A stretch of DNA of 64,000 nucleotides, from positions 24,763 through 88,762 of the IMG/VR virus record IMGVR_UViG_3300037466_002533; one strand, written 5' to 3'. The stretch is from a virus. Its lineage: Duplodnaviria > Caudoviricetes. This document shows positions 41,121 through 50,361 of this stretch, piece by piece. Each line of letters starts with the position of its first letter. Within the stretch, counting starts at the first letter, position 1. The position numbers and the translations under genes are program-made. Below the pieces are notes generated by a model. That model was not told the origin of the DNA and did no database searches. It saw only the letters and a program-made list of their open reading frames with translations.

Positions 41121-41852
41121 TTACGCTGCTAGGTACTGCAGGGAGAAGGACAGGCTCATAGCCGCAGATGTCCATGTCCAGGGGAAGGTAGAGGATATGT
41201 AGTTGGCGCTGGTGGTGGACGATGAACTCAGGAAGTCGATCTCGTCCTCCGCAGCTATCCTGACCGTGCCCAGGTTCTCGTTCGTCCCCTGGATGGCGAA
41301 GTAGTAGCCCCGTGCGACCACGCTGGTGTCGTGCGCGGGTACCGGGAGGTTGCAAGTCCAGCGTCCGGAGCCTGAAGTAAATGATCCGGACGACTCCACT
41401 TTTCCCTCGGCCAGGACGAGATCACCGATCTTGATATATGAGCCATACGAGGTGATCCCGCCGATCGCGCTTAGGCTGGTGAGCTGTGGGATCCAATCCT
41501 TCTTGGAGTTGGAGATGTTGCCGAGCACCGAGACGTCCCCGACCACGGCCAGATCCTTGTTTATCACGGAGGTGCCTGGCTGCTCTGTCGTAGCCTTGGC
41601 ATATCCGAGACTCTGGAGGTTTCCCATGCGCTCCAGCGTCCATGCGTTGGCGGCCCGGGTGATCACCCACTCCTCGCCGACGGCCGGAACGTGCCAGATC
41701 GGACCGACGGCCACGGTCAGGTCGATGATGTACTGATTGTCCCCGCCACGGGTGACACCGACTGCGGTTCCGGTGTCCGGGTTGATCTGCGTGATAACCA
41801 CTCTCACCCGTGGAGACTCGAAGAACTGGGGATCCTTGTACGAGAGAGGCAT
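41121..41852 (-). CDS. Baseplate spike-like protein (N-terminal OB fold) with fibre-type C-terminus
   Basis: MPLSYKDPQ start overlapping the hub stop; VPAVGEEWVI OB-fold motif; track ORF 41121-42788 is over-extended. Confidence 0.65.
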   Translation of the reverse strand: MPLSYKDPQFFESPRVRVVITQINPDTGTAVGVTRGGDNQYIIDLTVAVGPIWHVPAVGEEWVITRAANAWTLERMGNLQSLGYAKATTEQPGTSVINKDLAVVGDVSVLGNISNSKKDWIPQLTSLSAIGGITSYGSYIKIGDLVLAEGKVESSGSFTSGSGRWTCNLPVPAHDTSVVARGYYFAIQGTNENLGTVRIAAEDEIDFLSSSSTTSANYISSTFPWTWTSAAMSLSFSLQYLAA

Positions 41853-44320
41853 CAGACCCTCCCCACTGGCAGGATGAGGGATTCGTTTCGATCCCCGACC
41901 GTGGACGGTGCGGAGATGGTGGCGGACGTGGTGAATCCGGTGTCGTATCCGAAGCTGTGCACGACCTCCTCCACGTAGACGGTCATCTGGTGGCTCTTGA
42001 TCAGGATGCGCATCCCCGGGTATAGCTCTGGCATAAAGGTGAAGCTGACGTTGGTGCTGTACTGCTGCGCCCACTTCTGCATGAACATCATGAGCGCCTG
42101 ACTCCGCTCCACGATGTGTGCGCCGACGTTGGGGAACTCCGCCTTTAGCGGCCTCATGCCGAATCGCTGGTAGATCTTGGCGGGATTGAAGTCCGGGTCG
42201 TTCTCGATGTCCACGCCGAGTGCGTACAGCATCTTGTTGCGCTGCCTGATGTTCACGATGCCCTCGGTGGTGTACCACTCGGTCAGGGTGATGTTGCCGC
42301 CGCCGGGACTGAAGGTGTTGGTGGCCCCCGCCACGAACACGTCGGTGGTCAGGTTGTCGTCGCTGGCATCCACCCGGAAGTCGAGCATCTCGATATCTTC
42401 CAGCACGAACGTGGCGGAGGTTCCATATAGCCCGAAATAGTCCGGGAAGAATGCGACGAAGCTCCCGTCGGGGCCGGACATGAAGTTCCGCATGGAGCCG
42501 CTGGAGATGGCCTGGATGGTCGACAGTAGCTGCTGGTCGTTGATCGGGGCGCGGTCTCCGATCAGTGTGTTCGCCGCCTGCTGCGCCACTCCATCCGCGC
42601 CGTTGAACAGGTATTGGAAAACACCGGACTGGAAGGCGTTCTGACCAAGGATGCTGTTGGTGGCCACCCCGTTGGCGCTGTAGGACCCTCCGCCCTCGTA
42701 CTGGAAGTGCATGTAGTCCTTGGACGAAGGGTCTCCGCCCCAGTCGCCGCCCCATCCGAAACCGGCACTCTTGAATACTTGGATCCACTGGTCTGGGATG
42801 TCGTGCTGCCCGCTGGGACCCACCCCGGCATCGCCGAAACCGTTGGTGTCCCAGTTGATGTCGATGGCGATTCCGAAACTGTGCAGGGATAGTTCGGAGG
42901 TGCCGCTGCCGTTGTTCTTGGGGCGCCAGTCGAAGGTGCCGACCATGCGCACCTGGTACCCCAGGTTCAGCGCGGTGAGCTGCTTATCCACCGCCTCGAA
43001 GGCTCCGGCCACTTTTTTGTGCACCTGGATCTGGTGCCCCTGGAAGTTCACGGTGGTTAGGTTGGCCCGCACCTCCTCTTCGGTGTTTCCGTAGATGCTC
43101 TTCATCAGGTCGGTGGAGGGGTTGCTGCCGTAGTTGGGGATGGACAACATCTGGCTGTCTAGATACTGATCGTTCCCGGATGCGGTGCTGATGCCGAAAC
43201 CGGCTGCCTGGCTGGGGTTGGAGATCACTCTGGATCCAGTGCTGGTGACGGTGGTGTTGCTGTTGCCGGAGATCACGACGTTAGTGTCGGGTCCGTTCAC
43301 GGCGTTCTTGGCCGCCTGCATGTACTTCTGGTAGGCTCCGGTGTTGTACTGTGGGGATATCTTGAAGTCGGTGCCGTTGATCGTTAGCTGGTAGTACAGC
43401 TTCGCGCAGGCCAGTGGATCCAGGGCCGTCTTGACGGTGAGGGAGGGTGCGTCGAACTTGTCCAGTTGCCACAGTCCGTACTTGGTGACGCCGCCGATTT
43501 CTTTGACGGTCTTATAGAACCCCTGAGAGGTGGCGTAAGCGATGGCCGCTGCGGTGGCTGCACTTTCACCCACGAACCCGGCGGCCCGGCAGATGCTGAC
43601 CAGGTCGGCGATGGTGTAGGATCCGGCACTGCCCCGACGCTCATTTGCTGGCGGCGTGACCTTGGTTCCCAGGTAGGACGGCGGTGCGGTGGACTGGCCG
43701 ACCCCGGCGGCTCCAGTTTGGATGCCCAGGAGCTGCAGGAACCGGTTCAGTGACTCGATGTCGCTGTCGGCACCCTCGGCCTGCAGCGCCATGTTGAAGA
43801 ACCCGGCCGGGATGTTGCCGATGTGGATCTGGTCGCGGCTCCAGCCGCCCACCTTAAACAGGACGTTGGCCATCATGGCGCCCAGGCCGGAGTCCGGCTG
43901 AGGATTTTTGGGGTCCTGACTCTTGGCCTGGTAAAGGTTCTGCCGCAGCAGTTCGGAGGACGCCGGTAGTCCGGGATCCCAGTAGGTGTTCATCAGTCGT
44001 TTGAGGGTGCAGGATGCCTTGATGGACACCGTGGTGGCGTAGAGACCGGCGGCCGGTACCGTGTCCAGGTACCCGGCGAAAACCTGCAGTGGCATGCTGA
44101 TGCGCTTCATGAAGACCACGATGCGGTCCATCCGTCTCATGGCACCGATGTACTTGCGGTTGCGGTTATTCAACACACAGGAGAACTCCGAGACGCCGTT
44201 TACGACGCGGCGCAACTGCCCACTGACGATGTCGTCGGACAGATCCAGCACGCCGTTGTCAGTAGCCACGAAGACTTGGACCTCTGGCGCATACACCAGG
44301 GTCTTGGAGTAACGACTCAT
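41852..44320 (-). CDS. Baseplate hub / tail lysin with lysozyme-like and M15 peptidase domains
   Basis: Hub-like N- and C-termini; AAAIAYA.S.G...YGLWQL; R......S.HSFGIAIDINW...W.....F...GF.WGG.W....D.MHFQY. Confidence 0.85.
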   Translation of the reverse strand: MSRYSKTLVYAPEVQVFVATDNGVLDLSDDIVSGQLRRVVNGVSEFSCVLNNRNRKYIGAMRRMDRIVVFMKRISMPLQVFAGYLDTVPAAGLYATTVSIKASCTLKRLMNTYWDPGLPASSELLRQNLYQAKSQDPKNPQPDSGLGAMMANVLFKVGGWSRDQIHIGNIPAGFFNMALQAEGADSDIESLNRFLQLLGIQTGAAGVGQSTAPPSYLGTKVTPPANERRGSAGSYTIADLVSICRAAGFVGESAATAAAIAYATSQGFYKTVKEIGGVTKYGLWQLDKFDAPSLTVKTALDPLACAKLYYQLTINGTDFKISPQYNTGAYQKYMQAAKNAVNGPDTNVVISGNSNTTVTSTGSRVISNPSQAAGFGISTASGNDQYLDSQMLSIPNYGSNPSTDLMKSIYGNTEEEVRANLTTVNFQGHQIQVHKKVAGAFEAVDKQLTALNLGYQVRMVGTFDWRPKNNGSGTSELSLHSFGIAIDINWDTNGFGDAGVGPSGQHDIPDQWIQVFKSAGFGWGGDWGGDPSSKDYMHFQYEGGGSYSANGVATNSILGQNAFQSGVFQYLFNGADGVAQQAANTLIGDRAPINDQQLLSTIQAISSGSMRNFMSGPDGSFVAFFPDYFGLYGTSATFVLEDIEMLDFRVDASDDNLTTDVFVAGATNTFSPGGGNITLTEWYTTEGIVNIRQRNKMLYALGVDIENDPDFNPAKIYQRFGMRPLKAEFPNVGAHIVERSQALMMFMQKWAQQYSTNVSFTFMPELYPGMRILIKSHQMTVYVEEVVHSFGYDTGFTTSATISAPSTVGDRNESLILPVGRV

Positions 44321-44877
44321 ACGATCAGCATTCTCCTACCACCGCCGCCAGCCGGGGGCTTACTCTTCAGCGCACTATCGTACAGCCGGTCCACGTATCT
44401 CTGGTTGTACAGGTCGAACTCACTGGTGCCCAGAACGTCGTCCCAGTCCCCGGTGAAGGTGGAATGGGTGAATAGGCTGCTGATGTTAATATTGTCCTTG
44501 ATCAGGGTGAGGACAACCGGAAGGTTGGGGGCCACCTCGAACCTGCGAACACCGGCGCCGAGAGTGGAGACGTATCCGATATAGTCGATTCCCAGATCCG
44601 GTATGGCGATCTGCACGGTGCCCTTGTTGGGCTCGGTGTATGCCGACTCCTGACTCTTGGACAACAAGTCCACCAGGATCTCGAACTCTTCGACGCTGCG
44701 GCACTGGATGGAGAACTGAAAGTCGTTCTCCCGAACCTGGATCGGGTAGTGGTGCTCCCTGGATCGAACGGTGGACTGGTTCATGGTTGCGCTGTATCCG
44801 CGACTGTAGCTGACTATCACGACCTCGCGGCGGTACAGGTTGTCGGACGTGGAGATCGTCAGGATGGCCGCACTCAT
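44317..44877 (-). CDS. Tail/baseplate-associated protein
   Basis: Synteny; start MSAAILT refined from track. Confidence 0.6.
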   Translation of the reverse strand: MSAAILTISTSDNLYRREVVIVSYSRGYSATMNQSTVRSREHHYPIQVRENDFQFSIQCRSVEEFEILVDLLSKSQESAYTEPNKGTVQIAIPDLGIDYIGYVSTLGAGVRRFEVAPNLPVVLTLIKDNINISSLFTHSTFTGDWDDVLGTSEFDLYNQRYVDRLYDSALKSKPPAGGGGRRMLIV

Positions 44878-45056
44878 ATCGAGATCTCTCTCAGTAGATC
44901 GGTAATGTGCGGCTTGGTGAAGTAGTCCACCTGCTGCTCGGCGGGGATGAAGATTCCGTGGTCGGGATCCCAACCGAACCCGTTCATATCCTTGATCAGG
45001 GTGAACTGGGCGTCGTCACTCGGCTCGGAGACCTTGGTGTTACTACGAAAGCCCAT
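44874..45056 (-). CDS. Small hypothetical tail protein
   Basis: 60 aa, coupled to neighbours. Confidence 0.5.
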   Translation of the reverse strand: MGFRSNTKVSEPSDDAQFTLIKDMNGFGWDPDHGIFIPAEQQVDYFTKPHITDLLREISI

Positions 45057-45068
45057 TGTTACACTTCC

Positions 45069-46067
45069 TTATCCTGGTACTGTCCCACCAGTTAGCTTGC
45101 TTACGATCTCCTGTGCCCATGACAGGTTGCTGCGGTAGTTGGAGCCGTCGGAGAACTCCGACTGCTGAACCTTCTGGGCGGCGACCCACGGCTCCATGGA
45201 TTGCCAGCCGTCGATCTTCACCAGGGCGTCGTAGAACAGACCGGCGGCACCGGCCGGGTCCATGATGACCTCCACAGGTCCCCAGTACTGCGGCATCTGC
45301 TGGAACAGGCCACGGGAGGAAGGACCCATGGTGTCGCCGTGGTTGACGTTGTTCAGTGTGGACTCAGTGATGGCGGTCATGACGCCGATCACCGCACCTT
45401 GGATACCCAGCCCCCTGGTGAATGCCACGTTAATGATCGTCTTGGCATTGCTTAGCTGCTCCGCAGACAGGTTCAGACCGGATCCGTCGCCCAGGGCGAT
45501 CTTCTGCATGAAGTTCGGCAGGTAGTTGGTCGGGTTGAGAGCCGGGTTGGTGGTGATCTGCTGCATCTGTTGGGCTGCCTTGATGTTGGCTGCGGCCATC
45601 GGGTCGTTGTATACATTCTTGTCGTACCCGATTCCGTCTGCAAGCTTCGAAAGCTCCTTGCGCATGGAGGTTTTCGTGAGGGTGCCGCCCAAGTCCTCCT
45701 GTATGGCAAAGGTCATCTGGATCGGAAAGTCTACGTTGGTCAGGGAGTCCTGCATGGTGATGTTCTTGGCCCACACCTGCAGGTTGTACTTCTTCTGGGG
45801 ATAGGAGAAGGTGGCGAGCTGCTGCTGGTCACGCTGCCACAGGTACATCTCTCGGAAGAACCCCATGACGCGCTTGGCTTCCTCCAGACCACCAGCTCCG
45901 GTGACGATATCGACCGACAGGTCGCCCAAGGATACGCCCAGGAGCTGGATTACCTTGCCACCGTAGGTGTTGTCGGTATGCGTGCGTAGAGAATATGACC
46001 AGGTGACGTTATACGGATCCACCCGGAACACGAACTTACGGTGTGCCGATATCGATGCTAGGCCCAT
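45069..46067 (-). CDS. Tail tube initiator-like protein with C-terminal lysozyme-like domain
   Basis: Follows the tape measure; IGVMTAITESTL...SRGLFQQ...WG....MDP..AA..FY. Confidence 0.7.
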   Translation of the reverse strand: MGLASISAHRKFVFRVDPYNVTWSYSLRTHTDNTYGGKVIQLLGVSLGDLSVDIVTGAGGLEEAKRVMGFFREMYLWQRDQQQLATFSYPQKKYNLQVWAKNITMQDSLTNVDFPIQMTFAIQEDLGGTLTKTSMRKELSKLADGIGYDKNVYNDPMAAANIKAAQQMQQITTNPALNPTNYLPNFMQKIALGDGSGLNLSAEQLSNAKTIINVAFTRGLGIQGAVIGVMTAITESTLNNVNHGDTMGPSSRGLFQQMPQYWGPVEVIMDPAGAAGLFYDALVKIDGWQSMEPWVAAQKVQQSEFSDGSNYRSNLSWAQEIVSKLTGGTVPG

Positions 46068-48667
46068 TACCTCGGCCTATTTCCCGGGGATGGAGTGTTT
46101 CTCTGGGATCCGTTGTACCCGTAGTTCGAGTTGAGCGAGTTGGGATCGGTAGGAACCTTTCCTGGTCCGGGAATCTGTTGGATGATCTTCTTGGCCTCCG
46201 GAGTAAGATCCACCGTCACCTTCACACCCGTGTCGGGCGGAGTGTTGCTGTCCCCGTAGGTGATGGATCCGGTCTTTGGAACCATTCCGCTCGGCACCTT
46301 TCCGAGCCTGTTTTCCGGCCCCACTTGGCCGTAGCCTCCATCCGGAGAGTCGAACACCTCAGGTCCGAGAAGGTCGCTCCTGATATGGCTCTTGCCGTCC
46401 AGTACCTGGCTGGCGGCACGGACTCCGATCGGGTTGGTGATCGACTCGTTTGTCGGCACCGCCCATCCCATGTCGGTGTCGGTTGCCACCAGCTTGAGAG
46501 ATCCGTTCATGATGCCGATGATCTGCTGGTCGTTATAGGGGTTGATCTGGTAGATCTTGTCGTCCGCCGGGTAGTAGACACCCATCTTCTTGACGTCCAC
46601 GCCAAGCTTTGATGCCACCGCCTCAACCTGCTTCTTGAAAAGATCCGTGTCCGCATCGGACATCGGCTTGTACCCGCCGAAGACATCCTTGTAGTATGCG
46701 CTGGCGTCTTGCCCCTTGTGCTTGGGGTCAGCGATCCACTGGGCGAAAGTCGGTGTCTTAGAGGTGATCGGGGTACCGTGCACGGTTACCTGGGTACCCA
46801 TCTGGGTGTTTTCCTTCGTCTCCTTGAGGAGCTGGGTCCAACCCTTGCTGATCAGAAGGTCGTACAAGGCGTTGGTCTCGGACTCGTTTGCCTTGGCTCC
46901 CAACCCCTCCAGCTCGTAGAAGAACTGCTTCTTGGCGGTCTCGGGATCGTCCGGGTAGGCGTTGAACCAGCGCATAGCGATAATGGCCAGGGTTCGCAGA
47001 ACACCCTCCGTAACGCCGAACTTCCCCTCTTCAGCCAACTTCTGGAGTACCATGTCCGGCCGGACACCTGGGGATACCTGGCTACCCATGTATCCTACGA
47101 AGCTCTGGTTGCTGATAAGTCCAGCCACGATCTTGGTTCCGGCATTTACGCCCCCATCGACAGCCTTGCCGAGGGGTCCAGCCTCTCCACCGGCCTGCGG
47201 GGAACTGAAGATGTTCGCCAGAGCCGATGAGTTGGCCATGGACTTGTCTCCCGATATCCCAAGGTCCGTCAGGATGGAATTGTATGTGGCTGCGGAATTT
47301 ATTGCCCCGTCGATCGTTCCGGTCTTGGCTGCGTTGGAGTTCTTAAGCTCCGACAGAGCCAACCCCAGAGACTCTACGGACTGCTTCCCCAGGTTGACGT
47401 TGCTCTGCAGGAACTGGACGGATTCAGATACCGACATATTCATCTGAATGAGGTTATCCTTGATGAAGTCCACGGCAGAGGAATAGGCCTTGGATCCCTG
47501 CGGGCCACCACCCCTCAGGGCGCCCATGATAATGTCTCGGGACTGCTCGGTGGATAGCAGGGGGTTGAGGGACATCAGCATGACGTCCTTCTCGACCCCC
47601 AGGCCGCCACCCAGCGTGTGTCCGTACAGGTCCTCGTTGCGATACCCAGTGATCTTCTCTCCGACGTTCTGGAACATGTTGAAGCCCATAGCGAGGCCTC
47701 CGGCCACGAGCCCGCCCTTGGCCAGCATCCCCAGACCGGGGATGGTACCGAGAGACTTAAGGAGGCTACCAACCAGGGAGGCACGGCCGGATACCGGGGT
47801 GTCATCTGACCCGATGGCCCCCATGAGGTTCTGGAAGATCGAATTGGCGGTGTTGAGGTTGTGTTCTCCGCCCCTAATGGACTCGGCGGGGCTTACCGTT
47901 CTCTTTCTCGTGGCGCTACTGGACTCTTCCCCATCTTCTCCCTCGGCCATGTCTTCAGGGTGCGCATGCTTACCGAAGGTCCGCTTGCCGCTCTGGCGGT
48001 CTCTAACGGCCTGCTGACGATTGACCTCCTGCTCGCGGCGCTCGCCGGGGTTCAGGTGGAACAGCGGCTCGGCCGGGACGCCGGTAGCACCGCCCATGGT
48101 GAAGGTGGCATACGAGAGCCCCGGGCCAACAGGGTAGATGTTGGACCCCGGGACGCCACCGAAGGACTGGATGTAGTTGTAGGTGGCCGAGTCCCGGCTC
48201 TGCTGCTGAGCCTCCGAGGTTTCCGTCATCTGCTGTTGCTGCACCTGCTGGGGGACGGAGCGGACGTCGTTGTAGCGGTCGGCGGCGCCGTAGCCCATCC
48301 CCATTTGACCGTAGTACTGTGTGGTAGGGCCGAACGGACCAGACATCTGGGCGGTGGCCATGCCGTATCCGCCGGAAGACGCCCGGAGCTGTTCCATGGC
48401 CGATGCAGAGTCGCGGATGAGCTGCAGGGTCTCACGCTGGATGTCGTTGACCTGGCGCTGGATCTCGGGGAAGGACTTGAGGTAGGTCATATACTCGCCA
48501 CCGAACCTGGCTGCCGCCTCCAGGTTGGCCTGGATGTCACCGGTGTACCGAGAAACCTCCTTGAGGATGTCGACGGACCCGGTGGGGATGTCCAGCTTGA
48601 GGTTGGCGGTGACGGACTGGCTGTCGTACGATAGGTTGGGCGCTCCTCCCCCAATGGGGTTCGTCAT
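46067..48667 (-). CDS. Tape measure protein (putative)
   Basis: 866 aa, Gly/Ala-rich helical with a hydrophobic stretch; directly after the chaperone pair. Confidence 0.7.
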   Translation of the reverse strand: MTNPIGGGAPNLSYDSQSVTANLKLDIPTGSVDILKEVSRYTGDIQANLEAAARFGGEYMTYLKSFPEIQRQVNDIQRETLQLIRDSASAMEQLRASSGGYGMATAQMSGPFGPTTQYYGQMGMGYGAADRYNDVRSVPQQVQQQQMTETSEAQQQSRDSATYNYIQSFGGVPGSNIYPVGPGLSYATFTMGGATGVPAEPLFHLNPGERREQEVNRQQAVRDRQSGKRTFGKHAHPEDMAEGEDGEESSSATRKRTVSPAESIRGGEHNLNTANSIFQNLMGAIGSDDTPVSGRASLVGSLLKSLGTIPGLGMLAKGGLVAGGLAMGFNMFQNVGEKITGYRNEDLYGHTLGGGLGVEKDVMLMSLNPLLSTEQSRDIIMGALRGGGPQGSKAYSSAVDFIKDNLIQMNMSVSESVQFLQSNVNLGKQSVESLGLALSELKNSNAAKTGTIDGAINSAATYNSILTDLGISGDKSMANSSALANIFSSPQAGGEAGPLGKAVDGGVNAGTKIVAGLISNQSFVGYMGSQVSPGVRPDMVLQKLAEEGKFGVTEGVLRTLAIIAMRWFNAYPDDPETAKKQFFYELEGLGAKANESETNALYDLLISKGWTQLLKETKENTQMGTQVTVHGTPITSKTPTFAQWIADPKHKGQDASAYYKDVFGGYKPMSDADTDLFKKQVEAVASKLGVDVKKMGVYYPADDKIYQINPYNDQQIIGIMNGSLKLVATDTDMGWAVPTNESITNPIGVRAASQVLDGKSHIRSDLLGPEVFDSPDGGYGQVGPENRLGKVPSGMVPKTGSITYGDSNTPPDTGVKVTVDLTPEAKKIIQQIPGPGKVPTDPNSLNSNYGYNGSQRNTPSPGNRPR

Positions 48668-48993
48668 ATCCAGTCACCCGCCTCATCATCCATAGCGCTA
48701 GCCGTTTTCGGCGTCTCTATCTGTTGTAGGTAGGCCTCGATCTTTTCGATATTGTCTGGCTCGTAACCCTCTTCGCCAGATCCGTCACCCCAGTCGGGCT
48801 TTTCGGCGTCCTCGATGGCTTTCAGGACCTCGGGCTTATGTATGAAGAGCTGCTCCCGGAAGCGGCGATCGTCCAACTGTATCGCATCCTTCCGGTCCTC
48901 GTTCATCGCGTACGCCAGCGCGAACCTCTGGATCGGGGAAAGGTCCCGGCCCTTCAATAGTCCCTGCTCCCGGGCCAGCCTGACGACCCACAA
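48664..48993 (-). CDS. Tail assembly chaperone, -1 frameshift extension
   Basis: Open -1 frame entered at the GGGAAAA slippery site. Confidence 0.75.
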   Translation of the reverse strand: MWVVRLAREQGLLKGRDLSPIQRFALAYAMNEDRKDAIQLDDRRFREQLFIHKPEVLKAIEDAEKPDWGDGSGEEGYEPDNIEKIEAYLQQIETPKTASAMDDEAGDWI

Positions 48994-49004
48994 CTCAGAT
49001 GCCG

Positions 49005-49454
49005 TCAGGCGGAGATTTTTCCCAACTTCATCAGGACCGGGGCGATCTTCTTCTCCAGGTTCATGATGCCGTTGTAGATCTCATCAATAACCGGAGGGAA
49101 GTATTCCTTCATCTTCTCGAACTTCGGCTTGACTTTGGTCGAGGAGTCCAACTCGCTCAGGGCGAGCGGGGTGATGAGGGGCTGGCCGTCGATGGAACGT
49201 ACGGCTGCCGCCGCTACCAGGGTGCGATAGGCCCTCTGGAACGCCGCAGTGCCGTCATACTCCTTGAGCAGCAGACCGACCTGAAGGTCCTCATCGACGG
49301 AGATGGTGGAAATGACGATGTCGTGGCCGAACACCTTGATGGTGTCGGTGAGACGTCCTACGTGGACCAGGATCTTGAACATTTCCGACTCCTCGGGAGT
49401 CAGCTCGTACTCTTCTTCCTGGACTTCTTCGACCGAGCTAGGGGCTTCAGTCAT
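49005..49454 (-). CDS. Tail assembly chaperone
   Basis: Between tube and tape measure; ends G-GGA-AAA-ATC-TCC-GCC-TGA. Confidence 0.8.
   Translation of the reverse strand: MTEAPSSVEEVQEEEYELTPEESEMFKILVHVGRLTDTIKVFGHDIVISTISVDEDLQVGLLLKEYDGTAAFQRAYRTLVAAAAVRSIDGQPLITPLALSELDSSTKVKPKFEKMKEYFPPVIDEIYNGIMNLEKKIAPVLMKLGKISA
49017..49023 (-). other. Programmed -1 ribosomal frameshift site GGGAAAA
   Basis: X XXY YYZ heptamer; -1 frame reads KNLRLTASE into LWVVRLARE. Confidence 0.85.
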
Positions 49455-49470
49455 GGTTTGGTACAGCTCC

Positions 49471-49863
49471 TTATTGTGATGTGCTGAACGGGGTGTAGTC
49501 TCCCACCTGGAGCGGGAACAGGAACAGCGTGAGATCTCTGTAGTAGGAATCGAATTCGTGACCCTGCGGGCACGTTAGGACGCTCGGAGTGGTGGTATCC
49601 AGCAGCTCGGGCAGATCGTCCCTATCCAGGCCGAAGTCCTCGTGGCAGATGGGGCAGTTCAGGGCGTCCTTAGGCCCCACCTGATACTCCAGGATGGTGT
49701 CATTCTCCTGGGCGCCGAGCACCTTCTCCAGGTGCACCATAGCCTCATGGATGGCTTGTGCGGCCCGCCTGGGTCCGAACTGCTCTCTGAAAGAGGTTTC
49801 GCCGCAAGCGCATGCGGCCTTGGACCAGTTGCCGACCGCCAGGATCTCCGGGCGGTGAATCAT
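49471..49863 (-). CDS. Hypothetical Zn-binding protein
   Basis: CxC, CxxC and C..H motifs. Confidence 0.6.
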   Translation of the reverse strand: MIHRPEILAVGNWSKAACACGETSFREQFGPRRAAQAIHEAMVHLEKVLGAQENDTILEYQVGPKDALNCPICHEDFGLDRDDLPELLDTTTPSVLTCPQGHEFDSYYRDLTLFLFPLQVGDYTPFSTSQ

Positions 49864-49868
49864 TGACG

Positions 49869-50339
49869 TCAGACCGTCGTCGCGTGGGTGTACATGATCG
49901 TCAGACCTTTGGGCAGGACCATGGTGGCGATGTTGATCTGCTCGCCGTCATCCACGTCCACGATCATGCAGCCGTGATAGACCTTGGTGCGCGGGGCGCC
50001 GGTCGGGGTCTTGATGATCTTGCGGCAGGTGATGGATCCGAGGCCGAGCTGGGTCTTCAGCACGTCCAGCAGGCTGGTGGCGTTGCCGAAGCCCGGGAGC
50101 TGCTGCCACACCGAGACATTCCAGGTCTCATAGAAGGTCAGGCGCAGAGTTCCGGCGCCCACGGCGCGGGCGGTGACGATCTCCGACGGCACCTCGTCGG
50201 TGATGGACTGTACCGGCACGGCCTGGGCCACCGGCGTAGGTGCGGTATCTTGGATCGTCTGCAGGTAGGCGAGAGACTTGGACCCGAATGAGAAAACGGT
50301 AAGTCCAGACCCACCAATACGTACCTTGGATTCGGGCAT
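49869..50339 (-). CDS. Tail tube protein
   Basis: 156 aa directly after the sheath; beta-rich. Confidence 0.75.
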   Translation of the reverse strand: MPESKVRIGGSGLTVFSFGSKSLAYLQTIQDTAPTPVAQAVPVQSITDEVPSEIVTARAVGAGTLRLTFYETWNVSVWQQLPGFGNATSLLDVLKTQLGLGSITCRKIIKTPTGAPRTKVYHGCMIVDVDDGEQINIATMVLPKGLTIMYTHATTV

Positions 50340-50361
50340 GGTTCAAAGCCTCCTAGATGCT

